A program made the translations under genes and the position numbers. The notes beneath the pieces are model-generated. The model was not told the origin of the DNA, did not search any database, and worked only from the letters and a program-made list of their open reading frames with translations. From Hydrolagus colliei (Eukaryota): a DNA stretch of 64,000 bases. The DNA lies in assembly GCA_035084275.1 (NCBI GenBank), contig CM068764.1, positions 6,448,001 through 6,512,000 of the forward strand, read 5' to 3'. The stretch's first letter is position 1; every line of letters starts with the position of its first letter. Of the stretch, positions 60,801 through 64,000 are shown one piece after another.

Positions 60801-63358
60801 CATTCTATGTCCAGTGTAAAAAATAATTTGTATGAGACTACATCTCTCGGTTTTCCTAAACTGTGTATGTACATTCTAAAACTGCAGCTATACTGCAGAG
60901 CTCGAGTTATTTCAATGCTGAAATTGCAACAAATGAGTGCAAACTATTATATAACTAACCTATTGGTTCCAGACTGTTTGCAGTTGTTATCTGGAATGCA
61001 GTAAGTGAATTTACCTCACCTTTTTTGCCTGGCTAATTTAATCACTGCTAGGGGACTTGTTTTGCTAGTTAAAATGCTTTTCAAAATGATGTCTGCTGGC
61101 TAATCTCTGGGTATAACAGCACTGCAATATGCAGTGAGGAAACATTGGTTTCCAATCCCTTTTCTGAATTAGCTTTTTTTTTAACTAACTACTCAATTGG
61201 CATATTATTCTTCCAACCCTGACATGCATAAGCCTTGTAAGGCTGCAGAAATAAATAGAAAGGCCTGCTTACTTCAGTCTTGTCAGATTGTAGAGTCATC
61301 CGTTTGCCTCATTAGATACAAAGGTGGCTCGGGCATTTCATTTAAGATTCCCTCAGATCATTACTCCTGACAGTACAAGTTGCAGCAAACAAAGTTTATT
61401 TGACTGGCTATGATAACCTCTGACACACAGCAATGTTTACTATTAGTGTCCTCACTTGTCATCCTGCATACAGCACTAGATACTTAATTACCTCGCTTCT
61501 CAGGAAAACTGAGAGATGGCCATAATGAAACAGAATTGTTGTTCTTTGTATTCATGCACAGTTCTTCAGAATGCTTCACTACCTGTATCTGCAAAATAAT
61601 TCAATAAAGTAATAGGAATAGGTGTTCATTTCCTTGAAAATGCCAAGCAACAACAACTTGAAGTTATACAGCGCCCTCTATGAGGGTAGGGTCTCAGACT
61701 GTTTCACAGTGATGGAACCATACATACCTATCTGTTATTTTTTCCAGCTAAAACATTTTGAACTACAGTTAGAGGAAGAGTATGAAGATAAACAGAAAAT
61801 TCTGAGGGAAAAGAGAGATCTCGAGAGCAAAATGTCATCAATGAGTGAGCAGGTAATATTTCCAAAATCTCCTTTTTGTGAGGAAATAGCAGACTCTGGT
61901 AATATTCTCCCCCCTCTTCCCCCCCCCCCCCCCCCCCCCACCCAGTAGCAATGAACAATGACTTTGGGTTGACTTTTTGAAATGTAAATAATGCATGCAG
62001 TTAGTTATTTTCCCTCTAGGAAGGAAGAAATAAATATAGATTAGATTATTTTGAAAATATTGCAGAATTGTAATTTTCAGTGTTTTAATGTAAAACCCAT
62101 CTGATTTTACAGAACAAATAACCTAGGAGTATAAGTAGTAAAATGTGACAGAGTAAACCAAATCAAATGGATAGATTTCATATTTTGCTGTGAAGTGTTG
62201 TAATGTTACCATTGGCAGGTTTCACATTTTTAAGATGAAGACATGTATGTTTAAATCTAGTCCAATCTCTTAGTCACTTCCTAGCCTTTTATGATGACAT
62301 ATTTTTAATAGATCAGTGAACGAGATTTTGAAACTGAAAAGAGATTGCGAAAGGACCTTAGACGTACAAAAGCACTTCTGGCTGATGCACAAATAATGCT
62401 CGATCACCTCAAGAACAATGTTCCAAGCAAACGGGAAATTGCACAACTGAAAAACCAGGTACCATTTTCTGGTGGCTCTTATTACTGCGAGGATTTAGTT
62501 ACTGTGTAGTTTCACCAGAAATGCAGTTTTAATTTGTAAAACAGTGATGGAAATATTTAGCCTATTTCTGACACTGGCTAACACATTTATCCTTCAGTGT
62601 TGATAGCAAACCAGCATTTGACATGTACAGGAAAGCTAATACAAATAGCAAGAAGATTACATTTGTATAATACCTTTAGGCATTTGAACCTGTGTTTCTG
62701 AGTTATACATTTCTGAGTTGTCATTTCCTTTGATTATTTTAAGTACCACAATCAAGTCATCCCCACCTTCATGTCCTCTGGTCTAAGGAATATAACTCCA
62801 GAGTTACCTGTCTTCGATCTATCTAGTTATTGCTCTTGGGGCAAAATTGCTTCTGGACACACACCCAATCTCTCTGTATTGTGTGGGAAGAAGAATCGTG
62901 ATGATATGGCATCAATTACATGAGAAACATGCTTATTCTTGATAGCCTATGGAGGATTGTTTTGTTCAAAGGTTGTAATGTTTTAAAAACTCTAGCTTTC
63001 TTTGTATTTCGTCAAGCAGGATAATTCAGTCATAACTCAGAGATAGCTATCTCTGAGAATACTTTTATTAGAGTAATATGGGTGCTGATGGATTTTGGGA
63101 TTACTTGCAAATTCATATCATGGTTCAAAACCTTTTGCTTTTTCAAGTAACCAGTGATATCAGTGTTCTGCAGAATATGTTGCTGTTAACTAAATAGAAT
63201 GTGATGGTAAACCGCTTGTAATTACTAACCTTGTCAATCCTTAGCTTGAAGAGTCAGAGTTCACCTGTGCAGCAGCTGTCAAAGCACGGAAAGCAATGGA
63301 GGTTGAAATTGAAGATCTGCACCTTCAGATTGAAGATATTTGCAAGGCCAAAGTTGCG
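3787..63358 (+). CDS. MYO18A: Unconventional myosin-XVIIIa, multi-exon span (partial: PDZ exon upstream, C-terminal exons downstream of window)
   Basis: Spliced exons give one continuous frame closely matching recalled vertebrate MYO18A ([64 protein letters not shown]). Splice phases are consistent throughout. Confidence 0.96.
4792..4878 (+). CDS. MYO18A: N-terminal extension exon [29 protein letters not shown]
   Basis: attag|GTT...TCT|gtaagt, 87 nt, phase 0-0. K|VKEE parallels MYO18B K|IREE. Confidence 0.7.
6837..7487 (+). CDS. MYO18A: Large K/E/P-rich N-terminal extension exon (LENGANT...LVKSE)
   Basis: tttag|TTG...GAG|gtattt, 651 nt open, phase 0-0, clear coding composition. Confidence 0.8.
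8050..8142 (+). CDS. MYO18A: N-terminal extension exon EKVLLNEQQ...PDFTKQ
   Basis: Pyrimidine tract + gaag|GAG...CAG|gtgtgt, 93 nt, phase 0-0. Confidence 0.65.
10275..10352 (+). CDS. MYO18A: Cassette exon [26 protein letters not shown]
   Basis: Long pyrimidine tract + cacag|CCG. Phase-0 end at CAG|gcaggt (GC donor) or at 10403 ACT|gtaagg. Confidence 0.55.
11217..11280. repeat. Imperfect 30-bp hairpin
   Basis: 25 Watson-Crick pairs, 2 G.U pairs and 3 mismatches, loop TGTC. Confidence 0.85.
12315..12383 (+). CDS. MYO18A: Cassette exon [23 protein letters not shown]
   Basis: ctccag|AAT...CAG|gttggc, 69 nt, phase 0-0. Confidence 0.6.
13300..13690 (+). mobile_element. L2-clade LINE 3' fragment
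   Basis: ctctggaac...catctcaagaccttcctcttttgac (LWN..LKTFLF motif), (gtt)n-like tail. Confidence 0.6.
13935..14022 (+). CDS. MYO18A: Exon [29 protein letters not shown] (SH3-like region)
   Basis: ctag|CTG...G|gtaatc; matches MYO18A. Confidence 0.95.
15000..15112 (+). CDS. MYO18A: Exon GTQLTAD...DVDEDDVEK
   Basis: ctag|...AAG|gtattt; matches MYO18A. Confidence 0.95.
15556..15732 (+). CDS. MYO18A: Exon [15 protein letters not shown]...YSEK (start of motor)
   Basis: acag|GCA...AAG|gtatgt. Confidence 0.95.
15794..16487. mobile_element. Non-autonomous Tc1/mariner (Tc2-like) MITE with GC-rich low-complexity core; contains an assembly gap
   Basis: Perfect TIR CCGTATATCTCCGCGTATAAGGCGCAC...GTGCGCCTTATACGCGGAGATATACGG with TA on both sides. 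Confidence 0.9.
16100..16233. other. Assembly gap (134 N)
   Basis: Run of n inside a (ctccctgc)-type repeat. Confidence 0.99.
16663..17396. mobile_element. pogo/Tigger-type MITE, copy 1
   Basis: TA|CAGTAGAAGC...GCTTTTACTG|TA imperfect TIRs, internal fold-back, second copy at 36809. Confidence 0.9.
17496..17706 (+). CDS. MYO18A: Motor exon with P-loop GRTGSGKT
   Basis: atag|GTT ATG CAC...G|gtaggt. Confidence 0.95.
17875..18017 (+). CDS. MYO18A: Motor exon with switch I NANATRF
   Basis: acag|TG GAG AAA TGG...CAG|gtgaga. Confidence 0.95.
18343..18443 (+). CDS. MYO18A: Motor exon [25 protein letters not shown]
   Basis: atag|ACC...AG|gtactg. Confidence 0.95.
18545..18608 (+). CDS. MYO18A: Motor exon [21 protein letters not shown]
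   Basis: acag|A...AAG|gtatta. Confidence 0.93.
19533..19677 (+). CDS. MYO18A: Motor exon [11 protein letters not shown]...GAAGATK
   Basis: ccag|CCT...G|gtactg. Confidence 0.95.
19879..19924. repeat. Tandem duplication 2 x 23 nt
   Basis: taattttagttttgatgcatatg repeated exactly. Confidence 0.9.
22960..23310 (-). mobile_element. Degenerate CR1 fragment
   Basis: Minus frame [15 protein letters not shown]...IFKGELKE resembles the CR1 RT C-terminus. Confidence 0.5.
23381..23727 (-). mobile_element. Diverged tRNA-derived SINE
   Basis: Reverse complement of the SINE tail/body (gcgcacaacagtgttccacaaacag) and head (aaccaatacgctacagg). Confidence 0.7.
25974..25985 (+). CDS. MYO18A: 12-nt microexon (DGDE)
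   Basis: acacag|ATGGTGATGAAG|gtaaaa, phase 1-1. Fills the 4-residue gap where human has EAAE. Confidence 0.75.
27675..27848 (+). CDS. MYO18A: Motor exon [26 protein letters not shown]
   Basis: taag|CT...G|gtaaaa. Confidence 0.95.
28123..28213 (+). CDS. MYO18A: Motor exon [12 protein letters not shown]...SLIN
   Basis: atag|GA...AG|gtaatt. Confidence 0.93.
28620..28826 (+). mobile_element. CR1 LINE 3' end
   Basis: RT C-terminus [24 protein letters not shown] + gggccgaatggcctcc + (attctatg)n tail. Confidence 0.8.
28953..29220 (+). mobile_element. tRNA-derived SINE (DeuSINE-type 3' part), internally deleted
   Basis: A box TAGCTCAGTGG, B box GTTCGAATCC, body gtgggacactgctgtgcgcaattggc, tail aaatgcaa(tta)n; near-identical head at 47241. 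Confidence 0.85.
29300..29492 (+). CDS. MYO18A: Motor exon with switch II DTPGFQ
   Basis: ttag|G GCC...GAG|gtattc. Confidence 0.95.
29901..29987 (+). CDS. MYO18A: Motor exon ENIELALDD...ASHQAL
   Basis: ctag|GAA...CTG|gtaaga. Confidence 0.93.
31280..31375 (-). mobile_element. CR1 tail fragment (similar copies at 35957-36055 and 57460-57575)
   Basis: catagaattatacag...ggaggctattcggcccatc is the reverse complement of the tail at 28760-28826. Confidence 0.7.
31909..32050 (+). CDS. MYO18A: Motor exon [20 protein letters not shown]...GDKK
   Basis: gtag|GTT...G|gtaaag. Confidence 0.95.
32260..32419 (+). CDS. MYO18A: Motor exon [14 protein letters not shown]...LQDSQ
   Basis: acag|GC...AA|gtaaga. 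Confidence 0.95.
32522..32648 (+). mobile_element. SINE 3' fragment
   Basis: gacactgctgtgtgcaattggctgcc...ggcgctacatcaaatgcaaggattatta. Confidence 0.75.
32729..32915 (+). CDS. MYO18A: Motor exon KMISNLF...RRATSMRK...KLQV
   Basis: ctag|G...GTG|gttagt. Confidence 0.95.
33299..33539 (+). CDS. MYO18A: Motor exon [17 protein letters not shown]...RIYRQ
   Basis: acag|GAT...G|gtaggt. Confidence 0.95.
33640..34053 (+). mobile_element. Old full-length DeuSINE (SacSINE1/AmnSINE1-like)
   Basis: Degenerate tRNA head, Deu-domain-like tcggaggggctgttcttcagatgagacgtttaaactgagg...gatcacatggcact, same tail family (by recall). Confidence 0.7.
36278..36387 (+). CDS. MYO18A: Motor exon [15 protein letters not shown]...DEKR
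   Basis: atag|GT...CGG|gtgagt. Confidence 0.95.
36809..37510. mobile_element. pogo/Tigger-type MITE, copy 2 (inverted relative to copy 1)
   Basis: CAGTAAAAGCCCGTTTATCCGG...GGATAAATGGGCTTCTACTG|TA; reverse complement of 16663-17396 along its length. Confidence 0.9.
39971..40036 (+). CDS. MYO18A: Converter exon [22 protein letters not shown]
   Basis: ttag|GCA...CGG|gtaagg. Confidence 0.95.
44010..44278 (-). mobile_element. LF-SINE-like relic
   Basis: Ordered blocks gagactgcca, ttttgtgatgtgaac, ccactgggaactgga, agaagtgaaagg match the reverse complement of the recalled LF-SINE consensus. Confidence 0.6.
44990..45217 (+). mobile_element. L2-clade LINE 3' end
   Basis: [20 protein letters not shown] remnants + ggagggcgctacataaatccaagttgtt tail; related pieces at 16502-16572, 18120-18302, 61645-61712(-). 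Confidence 0.7.
47241..47548 (+). mobile_element. tRNA-derived SINE, near full length
   Basis: GGAGCTCCTGTAGCTCAGTGG...GTTCAAATCC...gtgaagcactttgagac...ggattattatta. Confidence 0.85.
48145..48273 (+). CDS. MYO18A: Exon VFFRAG...[18 protein letters not shown] (IQ motif)
   Basis: atag|GTG...AAG|gtaaat. Confidence 0.95.
48631..48774 (+). CDS. MYO18A: Neck exon [12 protein letters not shown]...WQWWKLF...GKD
   Basis: tcag|ATT...GAT|gtaagt. Confidence 0.95.
48891..49054. repeat. Diverged direct duplication of ~65 nt
   Basis: tgagttatcttgtttg...gcaacacc...tatgtaaatctgaaaatgt occurs twice, about 98 nt apart. Confidence 0.8.
50090..50345 (-). mobile_element. L2-clade LINE 3' fragment (similar at 1258-1530, 20310-20600, 43180-43290, 54250-54400)
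   Basis: aacaacttgcatttggaaagcaccc tail on minus strand; minus frame LWKSG...FNSCLKT. Confidence 0.6.
50959..51048 (+). CDS. MYO18A: Coiled-coil exon EEIQQLRSK...LESR
   Basis: tcag|GAG...AGG|gtaagt. Confidence 0.95.
52190..52309 (+). CDS. MYO18A: Coiled-coil exon [15 protein letters not shown]...KELQ
   Basis: acag|ATT...CAG|gtggga. Confidence 0.95.
52636..52750 (+). CDS. MYO18A: Coiled-coil exon TKYD...[10 protein letters not shown]
   Basis: tcag|ACT...A|gttagt. Confidence 0.93.
53279..53406 (+). CDS. MYO18A: Coiled-coil exon GEWRMKYER...LERK
   Basis: acag|GT...AAA|gtaagt. Confidence 0.95.
55431..55585 (+). CDS. MYO18A: Coiled-coil exon [10 protein letters not shown]...EKKQR
   Basis: ccag|TTC...AA|gtgagt. 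Confidence 0.95.
56891..57014 (+). CDS. MYO18A: Coiled-coil exon [11 protein letters not shown]...KQQLD
   Basis: ctag|G TTT...GAT|gtatgt. Confidence 0.95.
57698..57898 (+). CDS. MYO18A: Coiled-coil exon DKDCE...IQMLEQ
   Basis: ttag|GAC...CAG|gtacca. Confidence 0.95.
58176..59140. mobile_element. Tigger/MER2-like MITE with purine-rich minisatellite core
   Basis: TA|CAGGTATCCCTCCCCAACCGCGG...CCACAGTTGGGGCGGGATACCAG|TA. Confidence 0.85.
58565..58830 (+). repeat. G/A-rich minisatellite (~37-nt unit agagaaggtgagagataaggggaggtggggtggg..)
   Basis: Unit starts at 58654, 58691 and 58728, with degenerate flanks. Confidence 0.85.
59571..59681 (+). CDS. MYO18A: Coiled-coil exon [11 protein letters not shown]...SCQKK
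   Basis: tcag|GCC...AAG|gtaagt. Confidence 0.95.
59920..60140 (+). mobile_element. SINE 3' fragment
   Basis: gcctaataataat...gctgtgcgcaattgactg...aaatgcaaggatt, same family as 47241. Confidence 0.75.
61748..61852 (+). CDS. MYO18A: Coiled-coil exon [12 protein letters not shown]...SEQ
   Basis: ccag|CTA...CAG|gtaata. Confidence 0.95.
62312..62458 (+). CDS. MYO18A: Coiled-coil exon [10 protein letters not shown]...QLKNQ
   Basis: atag|ATC...CAG|gtacca. Confidence 0.95.
63245..63358 (+). CDS. MYO18A: Coiled-coil exon [13 protein letters not shown]...KAKVA
   Basis: ttag|CTT...GCG|gtgagt. Confidence 0.95.
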
Positions 63359-64000
63359 GTGAGTTTTCTTTCCCGCCAGGAAAAGTCCAATCTATCCTAT
63401 CATTTATTCCACTCCCCACCCTAAGGTAAAGTTCCGAATGAATGCTCACTGATGAGGCAATTAAGCAAAAATCCTGAATATTCATCTTTCTCCACAATTC
63501 AGCTCTGATGTGCTGCAATGCCCAGACAAACATGTCTTTCCTCATTTGAAAACTGGTGCTATAATCTTCCTTGTTAAAGGAGTTAAGATATGAGATGTCA
63601 ATTGCTTTTCCTAGGACACTGTTCAATATATCAAGTGATGTGTATGTTTGCGACCCTGGGAAGGAAGATTGTGAGTGTGCGGAGTAGTCGAGAGTCTGCG
63701 AATAAAATATAATATTAATTCTTGCATTTGATGTAGCGCCTCATCAAGTTGTTGGGATGCTTCACAGATTGTTATGTTAAATAGATATCCATTCATAGGT
63801 CTTCAATAGTGCATTATATATATAACAAAACTTGTTACGGATGTTGGAAACACAATGTTACACAAAAAATTGATTATGCCATCCCAGCAAGGTGTTAGGA
63901 AACATGATTTTTTTTAACGCGATTGAGTATTAAAAAGTTGAACTAATATTCCATTTTTTTCCTCGTTGATTTCAATTATTGCTTTTACAAGATTCCTTTG

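Noticed and set aside
61919-61938. Polyproline extension of ORF 61622-61948
   Set aside because: Intronic C homopolymer after the donor at 61852 (similar runs near 1477 and 34694)
13935-63358. Assignment to MYO18B
   Set aside because: Motor and tail peptides match recalled MYO18A closely; only the alternative start resembles MYO18B
1-64000. CRISPR arrays, prokaryotic operons or a nested antisense gene
   Set aside because: Vertebrate intron-exon DNA; no repeat-spacer array, and minus-strand ORFs are exon shadows, repeats or chance

Overview
Eukaryotic, AT-rich, intron-dominated DNA. The whole window lies within one plus-strand gene, unconventional myosin-XVIIIa (MYO18A). I traced 32 phase-consistent GT-AG exons (13935-63358, including a 12-nt microexon) encoding the SH3-like region, the degenerate motor (GRTGSGKT / NANATRF / DTPGFQ), the IQ motif and most of the coiled-coil tail. 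The KE/PDZ exon and the C-terminus lie outside the window. Upstream, six phase-0 exons (3787-12383) appear to encode an alternative ~339-aa N-terminus starting [13 protein letters not shown], resembling the MYO18B / muscle 'gamma' isoform start. Introns carry tRNA-derived DeuSINEs, an LF-SINE-like relic, L2 and CR1 3' fragments, and TA-flanked Tc1/mariner-pogo MITEs, which points to a cartilaginous fish (inference). The most notable observations are a GG-type donor on the first coding exon, an inverted MITE pair bracketing an in-frame block of motor exons, a Jerky-like transposase start in that MITE, and two isolated hairpins. All homology statements come from recall of reference sequences, not from searches. 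Repeat boundaries are approximate.
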